Positions 8,477 to 18,006 of a stretch of DNA of 45,316 bases are shown here, one piece after another (position 1 is the first letter of the stretch; each line of letters begins with the position of its first letter). The notes beneath the pieces were generated by a model. The model was given only the letters and a program-made list of their open reading frames with translations, did no database searches and had not been told where the DNA came from. Source of the DNA: Mariprofundaceae bacterium (GTDB lineage: Bacteria; Pseudomonadota; Zetaproteobacteria; Mariprofundales; Mariprofundaceae); NCBI GenBank assembly GCA_046753585.1, contig JBHHTX010000001.1, positions 1-45,316 on the forward strand, written 5' to 3'. The translations under genes were made by a program, and so were the position numbers.

Positions 8477-10170
8477 GATTTTCCTCCTGCTGACTCTATT
8501 GAACGCAGATTGTCATCCAGCTTACTTAAAATATCATGAAATTCTTTTTCAAACTCCATACGGTTACGATTACTCATGCCCGCGAAACGAACCTGGACAC
8601 CTTTGCCTTTGGCCTCCAGTACAGCCCAAAGTTTGCGGTGTGGAAAATAAAACATGATGCACAGACCAATCACCAGGATTCCGCTGCCAACCCAGACAAC
8701 GTTAATGCCAGGATCGTTGGTGAGCTGCAAGCCGGTATAATAGACTTGTTCATAGTCATCGAGAATGGGAACAAATGGCCATGGAAAGGATTTCAGACTG
8801 TTGACGCTTTGAATCAACCTGAGGCCCATGGCTTCCAGATTATCCGGTTTTTGCTCTCCGAAAACCTCAAACAGGGCGGAGCGGAAGGCTTCCAGTGAGG
8901 CCTCTTCCTTGGATACCTTCGGATTTTTTAAATTACGGCTAAATGCATTGAAAGTTTTCCATTCGTTTACATTGGTGAAATCCATACCCATATAGAAAGG
9001 CTGATAGTCAGCAGCATTGCCGCTAAACGAAATCATGATGAGATGCCCCAGGTTCTCTCCATCAATATCAAACGGGTTCATGAAACTCTTGACCTTTACC
9101 GTTTTAAGTTCCGGCCCACGCAGGATGTATTCGATGGCAGGGCCCAGGTCAACAAGATTACGGGGTTCATCCGGGCCGGCAACATTTTCAACGTTGAATG
9201 GCTTGAAGTCAGTAAACTCCAGGCTTAACCCGGTTTCCTCGTCGGTAAACTTTTCATATACCGTACCCTCCACCGCATCAATCTGGCCAGAGCCATCCAG
9301 GCGAAAAAGTTTGAGCTTAAGCTTTGAGCCGCCATCGCCAAAGGAAGCCTGATAGACACTAACGCCTTTATAATATAAAGGTTCGTTGACAATGATATCT
9401 GAAGTCAGAATCTCTTTTCCATCTTCAAGAATGGTCAGGTTGCTCTTGAACTCCTTGGGTTGGCCGGAAGGATAAAAGTCGATATTGAAATCATTGCAGC
9501 GGATAGAAAACGGCATGTTGAGGGATGCGAGTTTTGTACCTTTGAGGAAATTGATTTGCTGCATGGTTCCGCCTTCAGGAACCGCCATATTGCCTCGAAA
9601 ACCGAATTGTACACTGAGCAGTCCGCCAGTGAGGATAATCAGGATAGCTGCATGCACCAAAATATAACCTGACTTGTTATAGCGGCCCTTATCCGCCCGC
9701 AGATAAACACGATCATCACACTTTTCCGAACGCAAGCGCCAATTTTTCAGAAGGGATTCTATTTTTCCTTGAATGGGCTCGATTCCGGATGCATTGATAT
9801 TCCACTGTTTCAGGTGATGGAAACGCTGCAGGGACTTGTCGGCAATGATCACCCGGTTACGGCGCATTTCCTTGAGCATGCGCGGCGTGTTGCGCCATAA
9901 ACATACGATCAGGGAAACCATCAGAAAGCCGAGCAGGCATATAAACCACCACGAATGGTACATATCAAACAGGCCGAGAAGTCGAAAGACTCCATACCAG
10001 AGTGGCCCAAACTGGCTGAAGTAGTCGGCCTGCTCCTGATTCTGGATGAGGACAGTGCCGATAACCGATGCGAGGGATAAAATGACAAGCAGCACGATTG
10101 CCAGGGACATGGATCCCAGTCTGTCGATATAAGGCTTAAACTCTTCTGAAATAGAACTCATGGCAGGCAT
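8473..10170 (-). CDS. resB: Cytochrome c biogenesis protein ResB/Ccs1 (system II)
   Basis: N-terminal TM pair with LAIVLLVILSLASVIGTVLIQNQ, a large periplasmic domain and a C-terminal TM. There is a 4-nt overlap with ccsA. Confidence 0.88.
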   Translation of the reverse strand: MPAMSSISEEFKPYIDRLGSMSLAIVLLVILSLASVIGTVLIQNQEQADYFSQFGPLWYGVFRLLGLFDMYHSWWFICLLGFLMVSLIVCLWRNTPRMLKEMRRNRVIIADKSLQRFHHLKQWNINASGIEPIQGKIESLLKNWRLRSEKCDDRVYLRADKGRYNKSGYILVHAAILIILTGGLLSVQFGFRGNMAVPEGGTMQQINFLKGTKLASLNMPFSIRCNDFNIDFYPSGQPKEFKSNLTILEDGKEILTSDIIVNEPLYYKGVSVYQASFGDGGSKLKLKLFRLDGSGQIDAVEGTVYEKFTDEETGLSLEFTDFKPFNVENVAGPDEPRNLVDLGPAIEYILRGPELKTVKVKSFMNPFDIDGENLGHLIMISFSGNAADYQPFYMGMDFTNVNEWKTFNAFSRNLKNPKVSKEEASLEAFRSALFEVFGEQKPDNLEAMGLRLIQSVNSLKSFPWPFVPILDDYEQVYYTGLQLTNDPGINVVWVGSGILVIGLCIMFYFPHRKLWAVLEAKGKGVQVRFAGMSNRNRMEFEKEFHDILSKLDDNLRSIESAGGKS

Positions 10171-10221
10171 CCTAGTTTAGATATCGAACGCAAAAAAGTC
10201 ACAACTTGAACCCGGTTAAAA

Positions 10222-10812
10222 TCAAACCCGCCTTAATTGATGAATTTGTGAGCCTTTTACCATCAATAATGACGATGGCTGTCCTGTCGATTGAATGCCC
10301 TGCACTCCGGATCGTAAAAAACGGTGCCAGCGCATTGTTGAAGATATATACGGTAGCTGTACCGGCTTTCCCTTGCGGTTAAGGCTGCTTGAAATCAATA
10401 AACCTCCGGATTTGAAGGCAAGATGCCTGCATGCCTGATTTCCATCCACGCGAATAGCCAGGTAGCCTTTCCGATAACAGCTTCCCGGCAGCCCGGGCTT
10501 GCCAGGAAAGATGATGGTTGTACTTCCGGGCCAGCAATGCTGCATGGCCTTTCGCAGAGCCGGTGTCCATCGACGAACCCAAGTTGCTGCCTCCCTTTTC
10601 GACGCTGCCAGAAGGAGAAATGGCCCTTTCCTTTGTTTGAACCGTTGCAATAAGCACACGGCCTCGGGCTTCCCGGGGTGAGCTGCAAGGCCTGGAAGTG
10701 TGGATGTGCCACAGGCAACGAGCTTGCCATTGTGCAGTAATGGAGCCAGGCGTTGACAGCGCAGCTTGAGACTTGCGTCAATCCTTTGGAATGGCTTGCT
10801 GATGACGGTCAT
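10222..10812 (-). CDS. tsaC: YrdC/Sua5-domain protein, probable L-threonylcarbamoyladenylate synthase (start uncertain; the ORF-track start overlaps purE by 35 nt)
   Basis: The YrdC-fold motif order is present: GKLVACGTSTLPGLAA, FKQRKGPFLLL, WPGSTTIIF, LAIRV, ISSSLNRKGKP. Confidence 0.65.
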   Translation of the reverse strand: MTVISKPFQRIDASLKLRCQRLAPLLHNGKLVACGTSTLPGLAAHPGKPEAVCLLQRFKQRKGPFLLLAASKREAATWVRRWTPALRKAMQHCWPGSTTIIFPGKPGLPGSCYRKGYLAIRVDGNQACRHLAFKSGGLLISSSLNRKGKPVQLPYISSTMRWHRFLRSGVQGIQSTGQPSSLLMVKGSQIHQLRRV

Positions 10813-11242
10813 GAATCATGGATTTTTGCAAGCCTTGGTCACCCAGGGCAAGTATCTGAAGGCTTAGCAAAGCTGCATTTTTAGCACCGTTGATACCCAC
10901 CGTTGCTACCGGAATGCCAGGCGGCATCATAACCGTGGACAGCAAGGCGTCCTGGCCATTCAGGGGGCCGGCAGCTATGGGAACACCTATTACGGGTCTG
11001 GTAGTATGTGCTGCCACGGCACCGGCAAGATGGGCGGCCATGCCGGCGGCACAGATAAAGACCTGACAACCGCTTGCTTCGGCATCTTTGACCGTTTGAA
11101 TAGTAGCTTCAGGGGTTCGATGGGCCGAACGGATCAATACCTTGTGCGCCACGGCATATTCATCAAGTACCGCAATCGCTTTTTCCATCACTGGCAAATC
11201 GCTTTTGCTACCCATTAATATTAACACCTTTAATGCTTCCAT
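10778..11242 (-). CDS. purE: N5-carboxyaminoimidazole ribonucleotide mutase (class I PurE)
   Basis: [16 protein letters not shown] and [23 protein letters not shown] motifs. Confidence 0.93.
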   Translation of the reverse strand: MEALKVLILMGSKSDLPVMEKAIAVLDEYAVAHKVLIRSAHRTPEATIQTVKDAEASGCQVFICAAGMAAHLAGAVAAHTTRPVIGVPIAAGPLNGQDALLSTVMMPPGIPVATVGINGAKNAALLSLQILALGDQGLQKSMIHDRHQQAIPKD

Positions 11243-12520
11243 TTATGCCTCCTTTCTGTCTACGGCGCGAAAGCCAATGTCCCGACGGTAAAAACCACTG
11301 GGCCAGTCGAGACATTGCATGGCCCGATAAGCACTTTGTTGAGCCTCGGACACTGTATCGCCCAGGGCATTGATGCCGAGTACGCGGCCACCGCTATTTA
11401 CAATCCTACCGTTTTTTTTCGCCGTGCCGGCATGAAAAACCGTGGCTCCAGCCGATTCGATTTCATCCAGACCGTTAATTACCTGGCCTTTTTCATAAGA
11501 TCCCGGATAGCCGCTTGAAGCCACGACAACCGTTAAGGCTGCCCGTTCATCCCAGGCAAGCTTTGTGCCGGCAAGGTGACCATCTGCTGCGGCCAGCAGA
11601 ACCTCGCCAAGATCAGATTTCAACCGGCTCATCAAAGGCTGGCATTCCGGGTCACCAAATCTGACGTTATATTCCAGTAACCTTGGCCCCGCAGCAGTCA
11701 ACATAAGACCGCAATAGAGGATGCCGATATATTCCATTCCTCGGGATTTCAAGGCATCAACAGTGGGTCTGGCCACATGTTGTATGGCAAATGCAGTAAT
11801 TTCAGGCGTTACACATGGTGCAGGAGAATAGGCGCCCATGCCGCCGGTATTTGGCCCCAGGTCACCATCCAGTTGACGCTTGTGATCCTGGCTGGAGTCC
11901 AGCCACAGTATATCATCACCGGAGATAAGAAAAAAAAGGCTGGCCTCTTCGCCGGAGAGAAACTCCTCAATCACAACTTCCCTGCCTGCATTGCCGAAGC
12001 TTGTTCCCGAAAGCATATCTCTTGCTGCCGTGATAGCTGTTGCTACATCTTCGGCAACAATCACACCCTTGCCTGCAGCCAGACCAGATGCCTTGATCAC
12101 GATTGGTGCACCCCATTTCCGAATCGTTTCTTCGGCAAGCTTGATATCTGAATGGGTTTCAAACCTTGCTGTCGGCACTCCGGCCTCAGCCATCAACTGT
12201 TTCGAGAACGCCTTGCTGCCCTCGAGTTGTGCAGCATCTTTCCCCGGACCAAAAACTGAAAACCCTTTTTCACGCAATTGATCGGCGAGTCCCAGCACAA
12301 GGGGTACCTCAGGTCCTATCACCACCAGATCCGGTTTTGCCTTGCTCGCCAGATCAAGTTGACCCGCAACATCATCCGCATCGATATTTACACAACGTGC
12401 ATCATTGATGATGCCGGCATTCCCCGGCGCGCAGATTATCTCTGATACACTGGGGCTGCGTTTCAGCTTCCAACACAGCGCATGCTCACGTCCCCCGCCA
12501 CCAACCACCAACACTTTCAT
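11243..12520 (-). CDS. purD: Phosphoribosylamine--glycine ligase
   Basis: MKVLVVGGGGREHALCWKL, APGNAG, ATP-grasp core and GGRVLG near the C-terminus. Confidence 0.95.
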   Translation of the reverse strand: MKVLVVGGGGREHALCWKLKRSPSVSEIICAPGNAGIINDARCVNIDADDVAGQLDLASKAKPDLVVIGPEVPLVLGLADQLREKGFSVFGPGKDAAQLEGSKAFSKQLMAEAGVPTARFETHSDIKLAEETIRKWGAPIVIKASGLAAGKGVIVAEDVATAITAARDMLSGTSFGNAGREVVIEEFLSGEEASLFFLISGDDILWLDSSQDHKRQLDGDLGPNTGGMGAYSPAPCVTPEITAFAIQHVARPTVDALKSRGMEYIGILYCGLMLTAAGPRLLEYNVRFGDPECQPLMSRLKSDLGEVLLAAADGHLAGTKLAWDERAALTVVVASSGYPGSYEKGQVINGLDEIESAGATVFHAGTAKKNGRIVNSGGRVLGINALGDTVSEAQQSAYRAMQCLDWPSGFYRRDIGFRAVDRKEA

Positions 12521-12579
12521 TTATAAATCTCCATTTGATACAGGCTTTTGTTAATCAGCGTTCATCCGCATCTCTCCAC

Positions 12580-14124
12580 TCAATGTCGGAAATGGCGAAT
12601 GCCTGTAAACACCATGGCCAGACCATGCTCATCTGCTGCTGCGATGACTTCCTCATCGCGAACGGATCCTCCCGGCTGAATCACTGCTGTTGCTCCTGCT
12701 ACTGCCAGGGCATCGACACCATCACGGAAGGGGAAGAATGCATCGGAGGCGATGCATGAACCCCTGATGGCTTCGCCACCGTGGCGTGCTGCAATCCGTG
12801 TTGAGTTAACCCTGTTCATTTGCCCGGCACCAATACCGAGTGTGACCTTCTTTTTAACAAACACAATTGCATTGGATTTTACATGCTTGGCTACTGTCCA
12901 GGCGAACAATAAATCATTCCATTCATCTTCATCAGGCTGGCGTTTTGACACAAGCCGGCATTTTGAACGATCAAGCCGATGTGCATCGCGTTCCTGTACA
13001 AGCAGTCCACCATTCACCCTCTTGAAGTCCCAGCCTCCGGAAACCGATTCCGCTCCGGGAGCCAATAACAGGCGGAGGTTTTTCCTGGTGGCCAGTTTTT
13101 CGCGTGCCGCATCGGAAAAGCCGGGGGCAATGACAACCTCCATGAAGGTTTCAGAAATCAGGGTGGCGGTCTCTTCATCCAGCGTATGATTGAAAGCTGC
13201 AATACCGCCAAAGGCAGAGGTGGAGTCTGCTGCCCGGGCTCGTTCATAGGCCAGCGACTGGCTTGGTGCCAGCGCTACCCCGCAAGGGTTGGCATGTTTA
13301 ACGATAACAGCTGCGTTTTCCGAAAAATCACGTACACAGGCAAAGGCTGCATCGGCATCAGCGATATTGTTGTAGGAAAGTGCTTTTCCCTGCAAAACCT
13401 CACAATCAGCCAGCGATAAACCTTCATCTTCGGGATCAGCATAAAAGGCACCAGCCTGATGCGGGTTTTCACCGTAGCGGAGTTCATCTGCCGTTTTGAT
13501 AAACTGGCGTGTAAAAATATCCGGAAACTTGCGTTTGCTCCCATCTGTATTGAGTGAGGAGAAGTGGTTGCTAATGGCTCCGTCATAGCTGGCTGTATGC
13601 GAAAATGCCTTGATAGCCAGAGCCCTGCGTTTGACCTCATCCATGGAGTCCGCTTCTAAGGATTGCAGCACATCGGCATAATCGAGCGGATCAACAACAA
13701 CAGTGACATATTTATGGTTTTTGGCAGCTGACCGAATCATGCAGGGGCCACCGATATCAATATTTTCGATGGCATCTTCCAGTGTGCAGTCCATCTTTGC
13801 CACGGTTTCACGAAAGGGATACAAATTGACGACAACAAGGTCGATGCAGCCGATATTGTGTTCGCGCATAACTTCAGCATCTACATCGCGTCGAGCAAGA
13901 ATGCCGCCATGAACTTTGGGATGCAGTGTTTTGATTCGGCCATCCATCATTTCCGGAAAGCCGGTGTAGTCGGAAACATCGCGAACCGGTACGGCTGATT
14001 CTCGCAGCAAACTCGCGGTGCCGCCGGTAGACAGAATTTCAATATCCATCTTTACAAGCTGGCGGGCAAAATCCACCACCCCAGTTTTATCGGAAACGCT
14101 GATCAGGGCTCGTTCCATTGGCAT
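12580..14124 (-). CDS. purH: Bifunctional AICAR transformylase / IMP cyclohydrolase
   Basis: [34 protein letters not shown], and C-terminal QPGGSVRD...RHFRH. Confidence 0.96.
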   Translation of the reverse strand: MPMERALISVSDKTGVVDFARQLVKMDIEILSTGGTASLLRESAVPVRDVSDYTGFPEMMDGRIKTLHPKVHGGILARRDVDAEVMREHNIGCIDLVVVNLYPFRETVAKMDCTLEDAIENIDIGGPCMIRSAAKNHKYVTVVVDPLDYADVLQSLEADSMDEVKRRALAIKAFSHTASYDGAISNHFSSLNTDGSKRKFPDIFTRQFIKTADELRYGENPHQAGAFYADPEDEGLSLADCEVLQGKALSYNNIADADAAFACVRDFSENAAVIVKHANPCGVALAPSQSLAYERARAADSTSAFGGIAAFNHTLDEETATLISETFMEVVIAPGFSDAAREKLATRKNLRLLLAPGAESVSGGWDFKRVNGGLLVQERDAHRLDRSKCRLVSKRQPDEDEWNDLLFAWTVAKHVKSNAIVFVKKKVTLGIGAGQMNRVNSTRIAARHGGEAIRGSCIASDAFFPFRDGVDALAVAGATAVIQPGGSVRDEEVIAAADEHGLAMVFTGIRHFRH

Positions 14125-14213
14125 GTAATTACTCCGGGTGAATTAATCTAATAGGATATGGAAAGCTACCCGTCCCTTCCATCAAGGCAAGAACAGCAAA
14201 ACGGTTTTTTCGC

Positions 14214-15530
14214 TCATCGTTTTCTTCCCGGCCTGTTTCTTGATGGTGCCCTGCCGGAAGGCTTCTTTTTCTTGCCCGGCCTGGACTGCTCGCGATCTTC
14301 CTTGCGTAAGCCCTCCGCAGTAGATCCGGGATGCGTCGGCGTGCCGATATCCAATATGCAGTGATCCCAGTCCGGTATTGGAATGGCGTGGCCGATGAAA
14401 GCCTCGATGTCCGGCAGGCCAAAGCAGAAACGTTCACAGGCAAAGGAAATAGCAACACCCGAGCTGCCGGCACGAGCCGTGCGTCCGATGCGATGCACAT
14501 AGTCTTGTGCATCCTGAGGCAGATCATAATTAAAAACATGACTTACATCGTTGATATGAAGACCACGACTGGCAACATCCGTAGCAACCAGCAGATGTAG
14601 CTTGCCTGAGGTAAAGTCCTTCAGGATACGCAGGCGTTTTTTCTGCCGCACATCGCCGGAGAGAATGCCAACTGCAAAGCCATAGCGGGCAAGATTTCCG
14701 GCTACCCGTTCACCTGTTCGTTTCTCATTGATAAAAATCATGCCGCGCTCGACCTTGCTTTGTCTGAGCAGACTGATCAGCAGCGGAAACTTTTCATCCA
14801 TGGCAACGTGATAAAGTGATTCAACTACACCCTCAGCCGTAATGCAGCCTTCCTCGGCGCGTAGCTTTACGGGGTCATTCATGTGCTCATAGGCCAGTTC
14901 CAGCACACGGTGGGATAAGGTTGCAGAAAATAGCATGGCCTGGCGCTCATTGTATTTTGGCAGGCGACGCATCAGAAAACGCAAATCCTTGATAAAACCA
15001 AGGTCAAACATACGGTCGGCCTCATCCACCACCAACATTTCACACTGGCGAAGGCTGTAACAGCGCTGTTTAAAATAGTCGATGAGCCGTCCGGGCGAAC
15101 CAATAAGGATGTCAACGCCCTGCTCAAAGCCCTTCCTTTGTTTGTCATAATCCACGCCGCCATAGACTGTATGCAGCTTCAGCTTAGTGTGCCTTGCGAG
15201 AATTTCAGCATCCCTGGAAATCTGTACAACCAGCTCACGTGTCGGTGCAATAATCAGGGCCCGGAGATGACGGGTCTTGCGATTAGTTTTTGGCTTCTGA
15301 TTCAACAGATGTGTGATGATGGTGATGAGAAAGGCTGCGGTCTTACCCGTACCCGTCCGCCCCTGACCCGCTACATCTTTTCCTGCAAGCGAAACCGGCA
15401 GGACGGCTTCCTGAACAGCTGTTAACTCGGTAAAGCCCAGACCATCAATGGCTTGAGTAAGCTCGCCGGGTAAATTCAAATTATCAAAACGCATTGCTTT
15501 CCCTTCATACGGGCCAGTGATCAGCCTCAT
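14214..15530 (-). CDS. rhlB: ATP-dependent DEAD-box RNA helicase, RhlB-like (start possibly the ATG at 15494, MRFDNLNL...)
   Basis: Motifs GQGRTGTGKT, PTRELV, VVDEADRM, SAT and HRIGRTARAG. The basic C-terminal tail and overall order match RhlB closely. Confidence 0.8.
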   Translation of the reverse strand: MRLITGPYEGKAMRFDNLNLPGELTQAIDGLGFTELTAVQEAVLPVSLAGKDVAGQGRTGTGKTAAFLITIITHLLNQKPKTNRKTRHLRALIIAPTRELVVQISRDAEILARHTKLKLHTVYGGVDYDKQRKGFEQGVDILIGSPGRLIDYFKQRCYSLRQCEMLVVDEADRMFDLGFIKDLRFLMRRLPKYNERQAMLFSATLSHRVLELAYEHMNDPVKLRAEEGCITAEGVVESLYHVAMDEKFPLLISLLRQSKVERGMIFINEKRTGERVAGNLARYGFAVGILSGDVRQKKRLRILKDFTSGKLHLLVATDVASRGLHINDVSHVFNYDLPQDAQDYVHRIGRTARAGSSGVAISFACERFCFGLPDIEAFIGHAIPIPDWDHCILDIGTPTHPGSTAEGLRKEDREQSRPGKKKKPSGRAPSRNRPGRKR

Positions 15531-15563
15531 ACAGGTGTGTTTTTTTGAGGTGGTCCAATAAGT

Positions 15564-16280
15564 TCAGCCGCCGATTTCTCTGGTCGAGGATTCAATTTGC
15601 TCTTTGACTTTCTCCAATATGGCATTTCGAGAACTGTTTGTCACTTCCTCCTCTGAAATAAAGGGCAGGAAGCGAACTCTGATGAGGCCCGGCTTCTTGA
15701 TAAAACCGCGGCGCGGCCAGATATGGCCAGCATTGTGCGCCATCATCAGAATACCAACTCCTTCACGCTTGGCCAGCATAATGCCGCTGGCTTGATAGTT
15801 GCCAGTGACTCCCTGCGCTTGCCGGTGACCCTCAGGAAAAATCACAACCCAACGCTTTCTTTCTAGAAATTCCTGGCCCTGATTCATGATCTGTTTCAGT
15901 GCTTCACGCGGATTACTGCGTCTAATGGCAATGGCATCAAGCACCCACAATGCCCAGCCGAAGATCGGAATATAAAACAGTTCACGTTTAAGTACCCATA
16001 CAAATGGAGACACCAGTGAGGGCATAGCGATCGTTTCCCAGGCAGACTGGTGTTTTGCCATAACAACGCAGGGTTGTTCCGGTACATGTTCACGTCCTTG
16101 AATCTCAACACGGATGCCGCAGATGATACGGGCCAGAAACAAAGTTGTGCGTGACCAGGCCACAGCCCAGAACCAGGCTATATTAAAGCCAAATGGTCGT
16201 AACACTATAATCAATATAGAGAAAAACGGCGTAAGAAAAAAGAAGCAGCAGTTAAAGAGGATAGAGCGCAGAATCAGCAT
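15564..16280 (-). CDS. plsC: 1-acyl-sn-glycerol-3-phosphate acyltransferase
   Basis: N-terminal TM, acyltransferase HxxxxD variant (KHQSAWET) and FPEGHR motif. Confidence 0.85.
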   Translation of the reverse strand: MLILRSILFNCCFFFLTPFFSILIIVLRPFGFNIAWFWAVAWSRTTLFLARIICGIRVEIQGREHVPEQPCVVMAKHQSAWETIAMPSLVSPFVWVLKRELFYIPIFGWALWVLDAIAIRRSNPREALKQIMNQGQEFLERKRWVVIFPEGHRQAQGVTGNYQASGIMLAKREGVGILMMAHNAGHIWPRRGFIKKPGLIRVRFLPFISEEEVTNSSRNAILEKVKEQIESSTREIGG

Positions 16281-16843
16281 GGCCGCTCCAGTATGATGTC
16301 GGTAGCTGTACGCAAATCCGGATAGATCGGAATGCCCGGCTCAATCTTGGTGGCCTGCCTGTAAATAGTGTTCGCATCACCGTAGCCAGTTCTGACCAAA
16401 GCCGGCTTGACTCCGGCAGAAACAGCGGCCTGAACATCTCTGATAGAATCTCCGATCAGCAAGACAGAGGATGCCTGATCTTCCAGACCTAATTTTTTCA
16501 AGGCTTCAAACACGAGCCCCGGTTCAGGTTTTCGGCAATAGCAACCATGATCCGGAGCATGTGGACAGTAGGCGGCATGAGCAATGTGCCCTCCGGCTTC
16601 GGCAATAGCAGTCATCATCCTGGTATGAATAGTGCCGAACATATCCTGATCAATCATGCCTCTACCCAGGGCGGATTGATTGCTGACAATGGCTACAGGA
16701 ATGGCAGCAGCACCAAGTCTGGCTATGGCCTCAAGGCTGCCAGGAACTGGCCACCATGCATCAGGACTCAGTATATAGTCAGGAGAATCAACGTTGATTA
16801 CACCATCCCGATCCAGCAGCACGGCTATGGGTCGATTTTTCAT
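16274..16843 (-). CDS. gmhB: D-glycero-beta-D-manno-heptose 1,7-bisphosphate 7-phosphatase (HAD-IIIA)
   Basis: DRDGVIN nucleophile motif, Zn-binding C-x-H...C-x-C (YCPHAPDHGCYCRKP) and GDSIRD. Confidence 0.85.
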   Translation of the reverse strand: MKNRPIAVLLDRDGVINVDSPDYILSPDAWWPVPGSLEAIARLGAAAIPVAIVSNQSALGRGMIDQDMFGTIHTRMMTAIAEAGGHIAHAAYCPHAPDHGCYCRKPEPGLVFEALKKLGLEDQASSVLLIGDSIRDVQAAVSAGVKPALVRTGYGDANTIYRQATKIEPGIPIYPDLRTATDIILERPC

Positions 16844-16904
16844 ACGGGAAACGGTATCGACGTGACGATAGAGTTACAACAATGCTGATTGGCACGTATT
16901 TAGA

Positions 16905-16935
16905 AACAAAAAGAGCAGCCCGTGGGCCGCCCTCT
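16905..16935 (-). terminator. Rho-independent terminator downstream of the membrane-protein gene
   Basis: The minus strand reads AGAGGGCGGCCCACGGGCUGCUCUUUUUGUU. This is a GC-rich stem of about 9 bp (two G-U pairs) with a 4-nt loop, followed by a U-run. Confidence 0.6.
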
Positions 16936-16958
16936 GTGTAGTCGCTTGCACATCCTGG

Positions 16959-17543
16959 TTAATTAAAAACCGGAAAGTGCCCGCTTGATGCCATAAAGAA
17001 CAGCATTGGAATCGACAACAACGTATTGAGACGGGATGCCATCAACGCTTTCTTACCAGCTGCAGCCTTTTCGTCAGCAGTAGCTTCTTCGATGCCGATA
17101 ATTTTTTTCTGGGCGGGCCAGATGATGAACCAGACATTGAACCACATGATAATGCCGAAGGCGGCACCAATACGGATATCCCAGCCGGCTGCAGAGCCCA
17201 TATTCATATACAGTATTAGGCCAAAGATAAGAGTGAACATAGCTCCCCAGCGGAACCACCACAAGGCACGGCGAACAATGCTGCACTCTTTGAACAAGTC
17301 AGCCTTGGTATCAACAGACAAGCCACCCATTGATGGAACCTGTACAAAATTAAAGTAGTAAAGGAGACCTATCCAGGTGATACCGGCCAGGAAGTGTCCC
17401 CAGCGGGCAAGACCATTCGGATCCAGGCCCTCATAGCTGCCGCCGGAAGCAATCGTTGTCTTGATGCCGATTGCGATCAGAACAAGGGTAAGAATAAAGC
17501 CGGCACCAATGGTCCAGCGATGATCCTGAAATATTTTCATCAT
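16959..17543 (-). CDS. Integral membrane protein of unknown function. It may be related to the membrane (N-terminal) domain of PuuD-type urate hydroxylases; that family call is low confidence.
   Basis: Four to five hydrophobic helices; conserved-looking HFLAGITWIGLLYYFNFVQVP. I place the start at ATGATG 17543, preceded by AGGAG at 7 nt. The ORF-track extension to 17672 has no support. Confidence 0.6.
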   Translation of the reverse strand: MMKIFQDHRWTIGAGFILTLVLIAIGIKTTIASGGSYEGLDPNGLARWGHFLAGITWIGLLYYFNFVQVPSMGGLSVDTKADLFKECSIVRRALWWFRWGAMFTLIFGLILYMNMGSAAGWDIRIGAAFGIIMWFNVWFIIWPAQKKIIGIEEATADEKAAAGKKALMASRLNTLLSIPMLFFMASSGHFPVFN

Positions 17544-17721
17544 GATAAACTCCTGATGGATTTTTTTGTCGGCGCAAACTATACCCGGATTCGGGATTAT
17601 CAAGTACCTTGAGTTTTTATGGCCTTTACCCATGCTATATCTGACAGACGTTATTTTTACACTTGCATCCAAGTGTGTTTTAACCTACCACTAGGGTTTA
17701 GGAAACGCTTGGGGTTAATGT

Positions 17722-18006
17722 ATGTCGGAAATAAAAGCAAAGGGTCGCAGGAAGTTTGGCAAGCGAGATGTGATTGTCGTGCTATTTGTTGTCATTATTA
17801 TTGTGATCCTGAGCCTTGGCACACAGGAAAGGCGAACGGCGGCAACACCTGATAACGATATTCACCGGGCGGTTGCGTCCCGGGCTGCGTGTATATCATG
17901 CCATGGTTCCGGAGGCCAACGGCCGCAACCGCCCGGGCATACCAAAGCCGACCAGTGTTTTCAGTGTCATTTGCAGCCATCCACCTGGAAAGGAGGAGAA
18001 TCATGA
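17722..18006 (+). CDS. Small membrane-anchored diheme c-type cytochrome (94 aa)
   Basis: One N-terminal TM helix (VIVVLFVVIIIVILSL) and two CXXCH motifs (CISCH, CFQCH). Each is preceded by a His (IHRAV..., PGHTK...). The stop overlaps the nadK start (ATGA). Confidence 0.7.
   Translation: MSEIKAKGRRKFGKRDVIVVLFVVIIIVILSLGTQERRTAATPDNDIHRAVASRAACISCHGSGGQRPQPPGHTKADQCFQCHLQPSTWKGGES

Noticed and set aside
11930-11937. A8/T8 homopolymer inside purD
   Set aside because: It could in principle be a slippage tract, but the purD frame reads through intact (..EASLFFLISGDD..). purD is an unlikely phase-variable gene, so I treat it as incidental.
14125-14213. Checked the 89-nt leader of purH for a ZTP (pfl) riboswitch
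   Set aside because: None of the conserved ZTP motif elements (GGGUCGUGACUGGCG / CCGCCUGGGCA-type) are present. There is only a weak 5-bp hairpin and an SD.
17544-17672. Upstream extension of the membrane-protein ORF (MDASVKITSV...)
   Set aside because: The extension is non-hydrophobic and lacks an SD. The internal ATGATG at 17543 has AGGAG at ideal spacing and starts directly at the first TM region.
17889-18002. N-terminal 38-codon extension of the nadK ORF (MYIMPWFRRPT...)
   Set aside because: It overlaps the diheme cytochrome ORF in another frame and has no similarity to NAD kinases. The ATG at 18003 has a strong AGGAGGA and gives the canonical MKVGI... N-terminus.
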